This document shows, one piece after another, positions 17,223-27,488 of a stretch of 64,000 nucleotides of DNA. Below the pieces are notes generated by a model that worked only from the letters and a program-made list of their open reading frames with translations, did not search any database and was not told where the DNA came from. Positions within the stretch are counted from its first letter, which is position 1, and the number at the start of each line of letters is the position of its first letter. A program made the position numbers and the translations under genes. This DNA comes from an uncultured Bacteroidales bacterium (GTDB taxonomy: Bacteria > Bacteroidota > Bacteroidia > Bacteroidales > VadinHA17), in contig CAWELF010000001.1 of assembly GCA_963809855.1 (NCBI GenBank), forward strand, positions 1,245,980 through 1,309,979, in the 5' to 3' direction.

Positions 17223-19253
17223 CTAATCAACCCTCTCTACTTCAACCATGTTATCATGAAACGCTGCACCAAAACCCATATCGGTTTCTCTGCTGTCAAT
17301 CAGATGATTGCCTCCTCCACCCTCTTTATACCAGATCCCATTGGGAAGCACTACCGTGCCATCCAGAACCCTGTTTGAGACTTTTGCAGTACTGATTATC
17401 TCACCTATTGTATTATAAACTCTGATTCTACTACCTGAAGAAATATTTCTTTTTCCGGCATCCAAAGGTGAAATTCCGACTGATGGTGGTTCTGACATTT
17501 CTTTAATAATGTTCAGATTCCCGAATTGTGAATGTATTCTGCTCCCCGTATTGGGAGTAAGGAACCTAAGAGGAAAATTAATATCAGACCTCGCTGATGA
17601 ACATGATGTATAATCCGGCAAGGGAGATACTCCCCATCGTGACTGAGCTTCTGATGAGTATAATTCAATTTTTCCTGATGGTGTTTCAAAACGCATATCC
17701 TCGTAGGCAATTTTTTGTAATCCAGGTGCAAGAACTGGTCCGTTTTTCAGATCGTCGAGACTTAATTCCGAATAACCTGCAATTCTCTTTTCCAGCCAGC
17801 CTTCAATGTTTTCATTACCAGGTTCCGGGACCAATTCAGAACTTAACTCAAGGTTTAGTTTTTGAGCCAGATGATAATAGATCTCTGTTTCAGGCATCAC
17901 TTCACCGGGACAATCTATTACTTTTGGTTTGAACTGAACATAGGGTGACCAGTAAGAACCGATGATATCCGACTGTTCAAACATATCTTTTGCAGGAAGA
18001 ATAATATCAGCCTGTAATGCTGTATCAGTCATAAATTGTTCAACAACCACGTTAAACTCTAATCCGGAAAATGCTCTCTGTACACTATTGGTATCAGGTG
18101 ATTGTAACAGAGGATTTCCTCTTTCGATCCATAATGCCCTTATCTCAGGATTTTTGGTATTGAGCATATCTGTCCCAAGCTTTGCCATTGAAATAGTTCT
18201 CCTGAATGGCTGGTCAGACTCAGGGTCAGGATAATACGACAATGGTTCCTTCTGATTATCAAACACATAGCTCTGAAGATTTGCATAATTAAAACCGGCT
18301 CCGGGCTTACCGATATTTCCGGTTATAACTGCAAGTGAAAGGATTGCTCTTATAGTCTGACCACCATTTGTGTGCCTCTGCAACCCATAGCCGGGCAGAA
18401 AAGTTATGGGTCCGCCTTCGCCAATAATATTAGCAAGTTCTGTTATATTTTCGATTGGAATGCCTGTTATCTTTTCTGTTTCTGCAAGAGAAAAGGATAA
18501 TGATTCCCTGAATTCTTCATATCCTTTAACATACTTTTTTATAAAGTTGGTGTCAATGAGATTGTTGGAAATCAGTATCTGTCCAATAGCTAGTGCAAGC
18601 GCAGCATCGGTACCCGGTTTCGGACAATATAATATATCAGCTTTGTCTGCAGTGAGCGTTCTAGAAGGATCAATTACAATTACTTTACTCCCTTTCTCTT
18701 TTGCACGGGCTATAAATGCAATCTCCTGAATATTTGTTTCTGCAGGATTCTTGCCCCATATGATTAAAGTTTTTGCATTTTCCAGATCCCATGGAACATT
18801 ATGTTTTACCTCACCCATAGCAAGCCTTACAGCCTCAAGACCTGCAGGCCAGCAAAGATTACCGTATGTGGTTGTAACACCACCAAATGCCTTCCAGAAT
18901 GAGGCTCCGATGTCATTTGTTAGTCCCGACATTCCACTCCCTCTATACCAGAGTATACTCTGTGAGCCATATTTTCGTTTAACAGAACTAAGTTTATCAC
19001 GGATAAAATCTAACGCTTCGGAAGAAGTTATCTGCCTGAATGTCCCGTCCGGGGATTTAAGCAAAGGGTGAGTAATTCTTTGCGGTGAATAGGTGCGCTC
19101 GAGATATGACAATCCTTTTATACAAGGTCCTTCCGGAGTTGCCAGATTTTCCGGGAAAGGTAATATTCGTCTTATTTTATTGTTCTCAACCTGAACTATA
19201 AAGGAACAGGTACTGTAACAGTTCCTGGGACAGGCTGTTATAAATTCTTTCAT
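17223..19253 (-). CDS. Molybdopterin (bis-MGD) oxidoreductase catalytic subunit, no Tat signal
   Basis: CPRNCYSTC...CIKG FeS motif, WGKNPAET, DPSRTLTA, TDTALQADIILPA, TPSGKIEL, RIHSQF. Confidence 0.9.
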   Translation of the reverse strand: MKEFITACPRNCYSTCSFIVQVENNKIRRILPFPENLATPEGPCIKGLSYLERTYSPQRITHPLLKSPDGTFRQITSSEALDFIRDKLSSVKRKYGSQSILWYRGSGMSGLTNDIGASFWKAFGGVTTTYGNLCWPAGLEAVRLAMGEVKHNVPWDLENAKTLIIWGKNPAETNIQEIAFIARAKEKGSKVIVIDPSRTLTADKADILYCPKPGTDAALALAIGQILISNNLIDTNFIKKYVKGYEEFRESLSFSLAETEKITGIPIENITELANIIGEGGPITFLPGYGLQRHTNGGQTIRAILSLAVITGNIGKPGAGFNYANLQSYVFDNQKEPLSYYPDPESDQPFRRTISMAKLGTDMLNTKNPEIRALWIERGNPLLQSPDTNSVQRAFSGLEFNVVVEQFMTDTALQADIILPAKDMFEQSDIIGSYWSPYVQFKPKVIDCPGEVMPETEIYYHLAQKLNLELSSELVPEPGNENIEGWLEKRIAGYSELSLDDLKNGPVLAPGLQKIAYEDMRFETPSGKIELYSSEAQSRWGVSPLPDYTSCSSARSDINFPLRFLTPNTGSRIHSQFGNLNIIKEMSEPPSVGISPLDAGKRNISSGSRIRVYNTIGEIISTAKVSNRVLDGTVVLPNGIWYKEGGGGNHLIDSRETDMGFGAAFHDNMVEVERVD

Positions 19254-19649
19254 TTATTTCAGGGAAGCATCATATGGATAAACAACCGACATCCCCAGTT
19301 TCTTGTTTTGTAAGTCTAAAATATTTACGTCATACGTGATTTTGACCTGACCGAGATAGGTTTTTCCTGTATAATCAGGTACTGCTGTGGAGAATAACTG
19401 TCCTGACACCTTGGTAGTTATCAAAGCAACAACGTATGCTTTTGGAAACCTGATGTAAGCAGAAGATTCTCCAGCAGGGATGTCTCCCAAAACCCTGATA
19501 GTGTCAGATATATTAACCCTGACATCAATAAAGGCAACGTTGGAGGAGTTCTTGATTCTTATATCAGTTGGTCCTTCCGGTTCATATTTTGTTTTTTTAC
19601 ATGCAAGAACAGACAGGAGAATAATTGAAATAAAGAGGATTTTTTTCAT
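19254..19649 (-). CDS. Hypothetical lipoprotein
   Basis: MKKILFISIILLSVLA-C lipobox followed by KKTKYE. Confidence 0.7.
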   Translation of the reverse strand: MKKILFISIILLSVLACKKTKYEPEGPTDIRIKNSSNVAFIDVRVNISDTIRVLGDIPAGESSAYIRFPKAYVVALITTKVSGQLFSTAVPDYTGKTYLGQVKITYDVNILDLQNKKLGMSVVYPYDASLK

Positions 19650-19714
19650 ACAAGCCAGGATTAGGTGCTTCTGTTAATTATGACCTGAAATATAGGAAAT
19701 AAGTTGCAAACCAG

Positions 19715-20554
19715 CTATATTATGTTGAGACTATTTAGCGGTACCCAGCCAATATTCCCATCAGTAAGTCTGATTTCAAACCAACCTCCTACTTCATCTT
19801 CAATAGATACTTTTGTGCCTTCATGGAGAACGAACAGGTCTGTTCCACTATTATCCGGAGAACTTTTTCCATTGACCTGCGGACTGGATATAATTGCTTT
19901 ATGGCTATCGTATACAAGCATCTTGTTCCTGGAACTCAAGGCATAAGATGAAAGTGACAGAACCACCAAAGAAAAGGCGAGCCAGAATCCCAATACCTTA
20001 TAACGATAATTTGACGAGTATATATAAAGTGACAATGCCAGGAGACAAATGATAAAAGATATCAGGCTGATTCTGGCCCAGGTGTTGGTTGATAATATTA
20101 GCGAAACGAAATTATACCATTTGATGAAGAAGAGTTCGGGTATTTCCTGAAAACGATCGACTATAAGTGTCCTGGCTATCTGAAGGTTATAATTAATGTC
20201 TTCATCAGCAGGATTAAGCAGGTATGCTCGTTCGTAGAAAAGAATGGCTTCTGGTATATTATTAAGCTTAAAGTTTGCATTCCCAATGTTAAAAGCAAGG
20301 TTGGATGAGCGGTAACCAGTATTGTATACCTCGGTCCAAACCTGCAAAGCCTCTTTATAATTACCTGAGGAAAAGAAAATTACCCCTTTATTGAATTTAT
20401 CAGTAGTTGATTCAGACGATCCGGCTCCGATTAGTACCCCCTTTTGCTGGTTAATAGTTTGTGGCAGCTCTGAAACCGATGCCTGTGAAAAAACCTGATT
20501 TGCAGAACAACAGATCAGAAGCAGTGATAATATATATCTTGTTACTGAGTTCAT
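19715..20554 (-). CDS. batE: BatE: TPR + TM + SH3 protein
   Basis: TPR (FNIGNANFKL..AILFYERAYLLNP), two TM, LFVLHEGTKV..GWFEIRL..GWVP SH3; last gene of bat operon. Confidence 0.9.
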   Translation of the reverse strand: MNSVTRYILSLLLICCSANQVFSQASVSELPQTINQQKGVLIGAGSSESTTDKFNKGVIFFSSGNYKEALQVWTEVYNTGYRSSNLAFNIGNANFKLNNIPEAILFYERAYLLNPADEDINYNLQIARTLIVDRFQEIPELFFIKWYNFVSLILSTNTWARISLISFIICLLALSLYIYSSNYRYKVLGFWLAFSLVVLSLSSYALSSRNKMLVYDSHKAIISSPQVNGKSSPDNSGTDLFVLHEGTKVSIEDEVGGWFEIRLTDGNIGWVPLNSLNII

Positions 20555-20557
20555 AAT

Positions 20558-22369
20558 TTAACCTATTGAGTTTTCTACAGACCGTATGAATTGTGAAGCA
20601 CCTTCGTAAATAGTGGCAGCCTCAGTCCCTGATTTTGAAGGTGAATATCTTGCAAATTCGCAGGTATCCAGAATTTCATTCAGACTTTTAATTTTTTCCT
20701 CGGATATTCCTCTTTCTGTCAGAGCAGATATTGCATTTGTTCTGGTAAGGTCAGAAACCGGAATATTCAGTTTATCACTGATATACCCCCATAAAGCATT
20801 AAGTATTTCCTCGTAAAACTTATCAATATCCTCCATTTTCAGACACTCAGCAGCCAGACGCAATCTCTTTCCTGCAACTTTTCCGGCTTTCCGGTTTCTC
20901 ACCAGGGACAGATCTGAGTTACGCCTGATGTGCTCTCTTCTTAAGAACAATATTATAAAGAATACAAACAAAGCAAAAGCGTATAGACTTAAAAATGAGT
21001 GCTTTATAATAATGATGTTTCCTGTTTTGAATATCCTGCCCGGCACCGATTTAATAAACCTGATATCTTTCCCGACATATTTTACATCTTCTTTTGATAC
21101 TCCACCGTATACAGTAATTCCGGAATTCTGTTCAACACCCTTATTAGCATGAATGTGAAATTCCGGGGTTGAAAGTTTTTCATATTTACCTGTTGTTGTA
21201 TTAAAATATGAATACGGTAAAGGAGGTATAGTGAAATCACCATAATGTCTGGGAATGAGAATATAATCAAAGCTTTTTTGTCCTGAAGTACCATTAAGAC
21301 CGTTCTTTATATCGTCAGTAATTTTGGGATCATAAACTTCAATATCAGGCGGTAGCTTAAGAACCGGCGCTGCTGCAATTTTAAGATTACCGTTGCCAGA
21401 TATTATAATTTTAAAGTTAACTGCATCATTTACATTTACAGAATCTTTGCTAAGTGTGGCTTTCAGGTCAAGTTTTCCCACTATCCCTGAAAAGTTCTCA
21501 GGCTGCACTCCTGGCAGAGGTTTTACTTTGATCTTCATTTCCTGACTTGCAATAGCTTTAGGAACATTCTGATATTGAGTAAAAAAATCGCCAAAGAACG
21601 GATCGGACTGACCTGATTTTTGTTGAATAAGAACTGTAATCTGCACAGGGTCGATAGTTACTTCACCGGTAACCTGAGGGAACAAAAGAAATTGCTGAAT
21701 TACACCTGTCCCGTAAACTGTACCATTAACGTTTTCCTGCTGTAATGAGGTCAGAGGCGGTGTAACTAGGTCCGATTTCATGAAACCGTTGAAGGGAGGA
21801 AATTTAACCTCATTTATTCCGGAGATGTTTACTTTTGTGTAAATTTTTACGGTTGCAACAATATATTCTCCAAGGAAAACCTCTTTACGATTAAGGGAGA
21901 GAGTTACGAAAATATCTTCCCGGGATGAGTTTACTCCTGACTCTGTTGCCTTGGAAGTTCCTGATGATGAAGCATTTTGACCTGTAGAACCATTTCCCAC
22001 AACCTCAATATGAAGAGAGTCTGAAGTAAAGGTTTTGCCTTTAATTTTAAAGATTGCAGGTCCAAGTGAATACTTGCCTTCCTTTAGAGCCTGAAGAAAA
22101 TATACGTATGAATAGGAAGTCTCCTGCGACATCTTCCCATTGATAATCTGTGTACTTGAACTGTAAGATGTTTGTGGTCCCATTAATTTGTAAAACCCGG
22201 TAAATAATGGCGCAGAAAACTCTCCTCCACCTGAATTTACTGTAAATGTTATATTAAATTGCTGACCTGCAGTAACTACCGAAGGATAATCAGCATTCAA
22301 TACTACATCCTGACCCGAGACTGTAAGGGATAGAATAATTAAAAACTGATATAAAATTGCCTTCTTCAT
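20558..22369 (-). CDS. batD: BatD oxygen-tolerance protein
   Basis: Signal peptide, SSSTQIINGK, repeated beta domains, C-terminal TM and CEFARYSP. Confidence 0.9.
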   Translation of the reverse strand: MKKAILYQFLIILSLTVSGQDVVLNADYPSVVTAGQQFNITFTVNSGGGEFSAPLFTGFYKLMGPQTSYSSSTQIINGKMSQETSYSYVYFLQALKEGKYSLGPAIFKIKGKTFTSDSLHIEVVGNGSTGQNASSSGTSKATESGVNSSREDIFVTLSLNRKEVFLGEYIVATVKIYTKVNISGINEVKFPPFNGFMKSDLVTPPLTSLQQENVNGTVYGTGVIQQFLLFPQVTGEVTIDPVQITVLIQQKSGQSDPFFGDFFTQYQNVPKAIASQEMKIKVKPLPGVQPENFSGIVGKLDLKATLSKDSVNVNDAVNFKIIISGNGNLKIAAAPVLKLPPDIEVYDPKITDDIKNGLNGTSGQKSFDYILIPRHYGDFTIPPLPYSYFNTTTGKYEKLSTPEFHIHANKGVEQNSGITVYGGVSKEDVKYVGKDIRFIKSVPGRIFKTGNIIIIKHSFLSLYAFALFVFFIILFLRREHIRRNSDLSLVRNRKAGKVAGKRLRLAAECLKMEDIDKFYEEILNALWGYISDKLNIPVSDLTRTNAISALTERGISEEKIKSLNEILDTCEFARYSPSKSGTEAATIYEGASQFIRSVENSIG

Positions 22370-22385
22370 TTTATCTTAATTCAGA

Positions 22386-23162
22386 TTACCAGTTTTTTGC
22401 AGTTCTGACTTTTTCTTTGGAAGCTTTTGCAAGTTTAACTTTTTCCTGCACATTTTTTTCATCATTTGCCAGGGCATTCAGTAATCGTTCAGCATCTTCC
22501 TTTGAAATTCCCTGTTGCTGTTCCTGTTTTTGCTGTTGTTGTTTTTGGTCCTGACTATTATTCTGATCTTTTTGCTGATCCTTTTGCTGGTTTTTATCTT
22601 TTTGGTCTTTCTGATCCTTTTGATCTTTCTTGTCGTCCTTTTTCTGATCCTTATTTTGATTTTGCTGCTGTTTTTGCTGTTCCTGCTGTTTTATGAGCAG
22701 ATCCTGGGCATAGGCGAGATTATATTTTGCCTCTTTATTGTCGGGTCGCAACTTCAATGATTCCTTATATGCATCGATACTTTCCGGGAGTTTATTAGCT
22801 TTCAGAAGTGAATTTCCCAGATTATATAAGCCGTCGGACTTTTTAATTCTGTCTTCATTCATGTTTACGTTTTCCGTAAATTGCTTGCCCGCATCTTCAA
22901 ACTTGTTTTGCTTATAAAGTGCATCACCTGTGTTAAAAACAGCGTCGGGTGACTTTGCATTTTGACCTATTGCTTTGCGGTATAAAACTTCCGATTGAGG
23001 ATAATTGTTTTTATCAAATTCTTTATTCCCCTGCCTGATATACTTTTTGTCGTCCTGTGCATTTAAAGTACAGGTAGAAAATAATAATGCACATATTATC
23101 AGAATGTTGAATAATGAATTTCCTTTAATATCCATATTTCTTACCAGCAATTTATTACACAT
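22386..23162 (-). CDS. batC: BatC TPR protein with Q/K/D-rich linker
   Basis: TPRs (YNLGNSLL, YKESLKLRP), low-complexity QKD linker, ISKEDAERLLNAL. Confidence 0.9.
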   Translation of the reverse strand: MCNKLLVRNMDIKGNSLFNILIICALLFSTCTLNAQDDKKYIRQGNKEFDKNNYPQSEVLYRKAIGQNAKSPDAVFNTGDALYKQNKFEDAGKQFTENVNMNEDRIKKSDGLYNLGNSLLKANKLPESIDAYKESLKLRPDNKEAKYNLAYAQDLLIKQQEQQKQQQNQNKDQKKDDKKDQKDQKDQKDKNQQKDQQKDQNNSQDQKQQQQKQEQQQGISKEDAERLLNALANDEKNVQEKVKLAKASKEKVRTAKNW

Positions 23163-23168
23163 TGAATT

Positions 23169-24209
23169 TCAAATTTTAAATTTAAATATCCTGATGTGAG
23201 CCAGCTTCCTGTTTTTTCTTTCCATAACAAGAAAATCGACCAGCAACAAAAATATAGCAATTATTGCAAAAATCTGGAACTGATCGTTATATTCTGTATA
23301 AACTGAACTTTCCAGCTCCTGCTTTTTCATTCTTTTTATCTCACTGTAAATCTCATCGAGTCCTATGTTAGAGTTACTTGCTCTGACATAATTTCCATTA
23401 GCGCTTATTGCAATTTTTTTCAGGATATCTTCATCCAGTTTTGTAATAACAGTATTACCGTTTGCATCTTTCAGATAATCCCTTCTTCCGTTATTCATTA
23501 CCGGGATAGGCACCCCTTCAGTGGAACCTATTCCTATTGTATGAATAACGATTCCTGCCTTCGAAGCTTCTTCAGCTGCGGCTACAGGATCATCCTCATG
23601 ATTTTCACCATCGGTAATGATAACCATCGCCTTACTTTTTCCTTCACCGGGACTGAATGAGCGAACTCCAAGATCTATTGCTGCACCTATCGCGGTACCT
23701 TGTTTTGGCACCATATCAGGACTAATTGTCGACAGAAACATTTTTGCAGAAACATAATCGGTGGTTATAGGGATCTGTGTGTAAGCATCACCGGCAAAAA
23801 CAATTAATCCGATTTTATCGTTATCAAGATCATCAACCAATCTCGATATTGCCTGCTTTGCCCTTGTCAGTCTGTTAGGTTGAATGTCTTCTGCAAGCAT
23901 TGAGTTACTTACATCGAGAGCTATAATAACCTCAACTCCCTGCTTTTTCACATCTTCGATTTTTGAACCGAATTGTGGCCGTGCGAGCATTATGATAGCT
24001 GCAGATAAAACAACCAGCTGAAGAACAAACTTAATAAGAATTCTTATCTGCGATAGTTCCGGAACAAGCCGTCCCACAAGGTTTTTATCTCCAAGTCTCT
24101 GCAACGCTCTCCTTTTTCTTATCCTATCGATGATATATAAAAGGATAACAACCGGAAGCAGAAGCAACAGGTATAAAAAATTTGGATTCGCAAATCTGAA
24201 CAGTTGCAT
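23169..24209 (-). CDS. batB: BatB VWA domain protein
   Basis: LARPQFG, DVSNSMLAEDIQPNRL MIDAS, ITDGENHE. Confidence 0.92.
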   Translation of the reverse strand: MQLFRFANPNFLYLLLLLPVVILLYIIDRIRKRRALQRLGDKNLVGRLVPELSQIRILIKFVLQLVVLSAAIIMLARPQFGSKIEDVKKQGVEVIIALDVSNSMLAEDIQPNRLTRAKQAISRLVDDLDNDKIGLIVFAGDAYTQIPITTDYVSAKMFLSTISPDMVPKQGTAIGAAIDLGVRSFSPGEGKSKAMVIITDGENHEDDPVAAAEEASKAGIVIHTIGIGSTEGVPIPVMNNGRRDYLKDANGNTVITKLDEDILKKIAISANGNYVRASNSNIGLDEIYSEIKRMKKQELESSVYTEYNDQFQIFAIIAIFLLLVDFLVMERKNRKLAHIRIFKFKI

Positions 24210-24223
24210 TTTTTCTTCAGAGT

Positions 24224-25216
24224 TTATGTTAAATTCCTGAATATCGTGTTTCTGGCCAAAACCTCAAGAACAAGAAGGCAAAAAGCAATTAAAGCCGGGA
24301 TTATGTATTTTTCATCCTTACGGCTAAATTGTTTTACATCAATTTTGGACTTCTCAAGTTTATCAATTTCATTATAAACCTGAGCGAGTTTATCATTGTC
24401 TGTTGCACGGAAATATTTTCCTCCGGTTGTCTGAGCAATTTCCTGCAATATGCCTTCATCTATCTCAACCTGCATATCCTGATATTGAGTTCCATAAGGC
24501 GTTTGAACCGGATAAGGCGCTACTCCCTGGGTACCAACTCCAATTGTGTATACCCTGATTCCAAATGTTTTGGCAATTCCTGCAGCAGTTAATGGTGCAA
24601 TGGCTCCTCTGTTGTTAACTCCATCTGTAAGAAGGATTATAACTTTGCTTTTAGCCTGAGAATCTTTTATTCTGTTAACTGCAGTGGCTAAACCATCGCC
24701 TATTGCCGTTCCATCCTCGATCATACCGCTTTTAATTTCGCGAAGAAGATTAATAAGAACCGCATGGTCTGTTGTAAGCGGGCATTGAGTGAAACTTTCC
24801 CCACTGAATACCACGAGACCAATCCGATCGTATGGTCTTCCGGATATAAATTCAGTAGCGACATTTTTTGCTGCTTCAATTCTGTTAGGTTTGAAATCCT
24901 GTGCAAGCATACTTCCAGAGATATCAACTGTAAGCACTATATCAATACCTTCAGTAGACATATCCTGAAATTTATCTGTTTTCTGGGGACGTGCGAGCAC
25001 GATAATAAGAAGTGCAACTGCAATAGTACGCAAACCAAATAAGATGTGCCGCAGATAATGTCTGAATGTTTTGCCTGTTTTGGCGAAGGGTTGTAAACCC
25101 GGCATTCTAAGCGATGCGGTTGCCTTCTGCTGTTTTAGTACATAAAAGGCAATCATTGCTGGTATCAGCACAAGCAGATACAGAAAGAGAGGATCAGCAA
25201 ATTTTACCCCGTTCAT
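24224..25216 (-). CDS. batA: BatA VWA domain protein
   Basis: LARPQ, DISGSMLAQDFKPNR, GTAIGDGL, LLTDGVNN, TGGKYFRATD. Confidence 0.93.
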   Translation of the reverse strand: MNGVKFADPLFLYLLVLIPAMIAFYVLKQQKATASLRMPGLQPFAKTGKTFRHYLRHILFGLRTIAVALLIIVLARPQKTDKFQDMSTEGIDIVLTVDISGSMLAQDFKPNRIEAAKNVATEFISGRPYDRIGLVVFSGESFTQCPLTTDHAVLINLLREIKSGMIEDGTAIGDGLATAVNRIKDSQAKSKVIILLTDGVNNRGAIAPLTAAGIAKTFGIRVYTIGVGTQGVAPYPVQTPYGTQYQDMQVEIDEGILQEIAQTTGGKYFRATDNDKLAQVYNEIDKLEKSKIDVKQFSRKDEKYIIPALIAFCLLVLEVLARNTIFRNLT

Positions 25217-26193
25217 ATTACTTCCTCCACTGCTTTTGGTTTTTCATCCAAACTGCCTGATGAGGCTTCCGTTTCTTTTGTAGCAAGAACAAAATCCCAG
25301 GAATTCTGAAAATGAGATTCATTCTCAGTGGGTTCCGGTTTATATTTTGCAAATTTTACCAGATCTGCTCCTGTAAGAACAGTCTTAAGCTGAGTATAGG
25401 AAGCATCCTTTTTGAATCCTGTCTTTACCAGAGCCTCTAAAGTTTCAGACGTTGTTAATTCCAATGAGAAAACACGGAAACGGTTCTCAAGGTATTGTCT
25501 TAATATCTCGGTAAGCCTTGTATAATAAAGCTTAATTTCGCCATTCTGCCACAGTTTTTCATCTCTAAGTTTCTCAAGCTCCCGAAAAGCAATAATGTGT
25601 GCCGGATCGGGGTTGATAACGACCTCGATCCCTTTTTCAGTTTTTTTACGATTCCGTATATACCTTATAATAGCCCATATCAGAACTCCAACCACTGCAA
25701 CCAACAGAAGCCATGGAAGGATTTCGCCCAGTGTAACAGGCGCTCTGTAGGGTTTAATAATATCAAATATTTTTGCAGTAGTATCAGCAGGGGCAATTTT
25801 GACTCTCATCACCTCAAGCGGAGAATAATCTGAGAAAAAGCGTTTTATTCCACTTTCACTTTTTAACTCGGCGATAACTGGAGGAACCTGGTAAAAACCT
25901 GAATCAAAAGATGATACCAGATATTTTTGAACGATCTTAATCCTTCCTTCCTTATTTATTGAACTATCCACAACCGGGCCCGAAAGAATTTCTATCTTTT
26001 TAAAAAGGGTGTCTTTAAAAAACGGGATTGTAAGATTGAGGCCTCCCGGCTGATCAACAGTAATTGAAAAATGTGTTTGATCACCTATATAGATTCGTGT
26101 GGTATCGAATGCTGCGGTTACCTTTACATCCTGACAATATGAGGAAGCAATAAAAGAAATAATTAGAAATATTGAAAAGAATAATCGCCTCAT
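25213..26193 (-). CDS. Conserved bat-operon membrane protein (DUF4381-like)
   Basis: Signal peptide, SFDSG, single TM, ELTTSE, ADLVKFAK; sits between DUF58 and batA. Confidence 0.8.
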   Translation of the reverse strand: MRRLFFSIFLIISFIASSYCQDVKVTAAFDTTRIYIGDQTHFSITVDQPGGLNLTIPFFKDTLFKKIEILSGPVVDSSINKEGRIKIVQKYLVSSFDSGFYQVPPVIAELKSESGIKRFFSDYSPLEVMRVKIAPADTTAKIFDIIKPYRAPVTLGEILPWLLLVAVVGVLIWAIIRYIRNRKKTEKGIEVVINPDPAHIIAFRELEKLRDEKLWQNGEIKLYYTRLTEILRQYLENRFRVFSLELTTSETLEALVKTGFKKDASYTQLKTVLTGADLVKFAKYKPEPTENESHFQNSWDFVLATKETEASSGSLDEKPKAVEEVI

Positions 26194-26198
26194 AAGTA

Positions 26199-27062
26199 TT
26201 ATCTGTTTTCAAATAATTTTTTAAGCGGTTTAACATAATCAAGGTTTGTGCTTAATTCTGCTGAATCGACGCCACATCTCCTGAATATAGTTTTTATATG
26301 ATCAATATGTTCGATCCACCACTTTTCATAAGCGTCCCTGGTTGATTTGGATGAGGTATCAATCCATTTCTCAGCTCCGGTTTCCGAGTCGGTGACTTTT
26401 ACCAGACCTATATTTGGAATTGCTTTTTCAACTGGATCAAAAACGTTCAAAGCTACAATATCATGTTTATTTGAAGCGATTCTAAGCGCTTCTTCAAAAT
26501 CAGGAACTAGAAAATCAGATATTATAAATGTAGTACATCTTTTCTTAATCGCATTTGTAAGGAAGCGTAAGGGCTCATCCAGATTTGTCTTTGTGCTTTT
26601 TGATTTAAAATCAAGCAGTTCCCGTATGATCCTCAGAATATGCGTCCTACCTTTTTGAGGTGGAATGAATTTTTCAACTTTATCGGAGAAAAATATCACG
26701 CCAATTTTGTCGTTATTAAAAATTGCTGAAAATGAAAGAACAGCAGAAACTTCTATCATGATGTCCTTTTTAAAACTGACAGAAGTACCAAAATTGCCAG
26801 AGCCGCTTACATCAATAAGAATCATCACGGTAAGCTCCCTTTCCTCTTCAAACACTTTGATAAATGGATGATTAAAACGCGCTGTTACGTTCCAGTCAAT
26901 ATTCCTGATGTCGTCGCCATACTGATATTCTCTCACTTCACTGAAAGCTATACCACGTCCCTTGAAAGCACTATGATACTCCCCGGCAAAAATATGTTTA
27001 CTTAACCCCCGGGTTTTAATTTCAATTCTCCTTACTTTCTTTAATAATTCAGCTGCTTCCAC
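26199..27062 (-). CDS. DUF58 domain protein (MoxR partner)
   Basis: GEYHSAFKGRGIAFSEVREYQYGDDIRNIDWNVTAR. Confidence 0.93.
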   Translation of the reverse strand: MEAAELLKKVRRIEIKTRGLSKHIFAGEYHSAFKGRGIAFSEVREYQYGDDIRNIDWNVTARFNHPFIKVFEEERELTVMILIDVSGSGNFGTSVSFKKDIMIEVSAVLSFSAIFNNDKIGVIFFSDKVEKFIPPQKGRTHILRIIRELLDFKSKSTKTNLDEPLRFLTNAIKKRCTTFIISDFLVPDFEEALRIASNKHDIVALNVFDPVEKAIPNIGLVKVTDSETGAEKWIDTSSKSTRDAYEKWWIEHIDHIKTIFRRCGVDSAELSTNLDYVKPLKKLFENR

Positions 27063-27073
27063 TTCGCAAAAAG

Positions 27074-27478
27074 TTACTTAGAAGGTTCAATAACAATAAC
27101 GAATGACCATTTCTCATCCCTGATCTCAACCATGTAGTCTTTTCCATCCCTCTTTTCAATCCATTTATTTGTGTCTGATTTTTTGTAGATGGCGTCGAAC
27201 TCTTTAACTTTTTCTCCTTTTAAACTATAATCACAAACTGATCGAATTGTTGTACAGATAGAATCACGATTTAAAAAGAACAAAAGGGTCTGACCGTTTC
27301 CAGAGTCAGAATACTTTAAATAATTATACTTACTGTTTATCACCTTTTCCGAACTCATATCCTGGCGATTCTCCTTCATATATTTTTTAATACCGTTGTA
27401 GTTATATCCAATAAGGTTCTGTCCAAAAGAACAGATCGATAACAGAAACAGAATCGTAGCTAACGAATAAATCTTCAT
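27074..27478 (-). CDS. Hypothetical exported protein
   Basis: ATG 27478 gives MKIYSLATILFLLSICSFG-Q signal peptide and avoids overlap with moxR. Confidence 0.65.
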   Translation of the reverse strand: MKIYSLATILFLLSICSFGQNLIGYNYNGIKKYMKENRQDMSSEKVINSKYNYLKYSDSGNGQTLLFFLNRDSICTTIRSVCDYSLKGEKVKEFDAIYKKSDTNKWIEKRDGKDYMVEIRDEKWSFVIVIEPSK

Positions 27479-27488
27479 CCCGCCAAAA

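Noticed and set aside
22500-22700. Repetitive DNA and hydrophobic + strand ORFs (22466-22760)
   Set aside because: Antisense shadow of the normal Q/K/D-rich BatC linker
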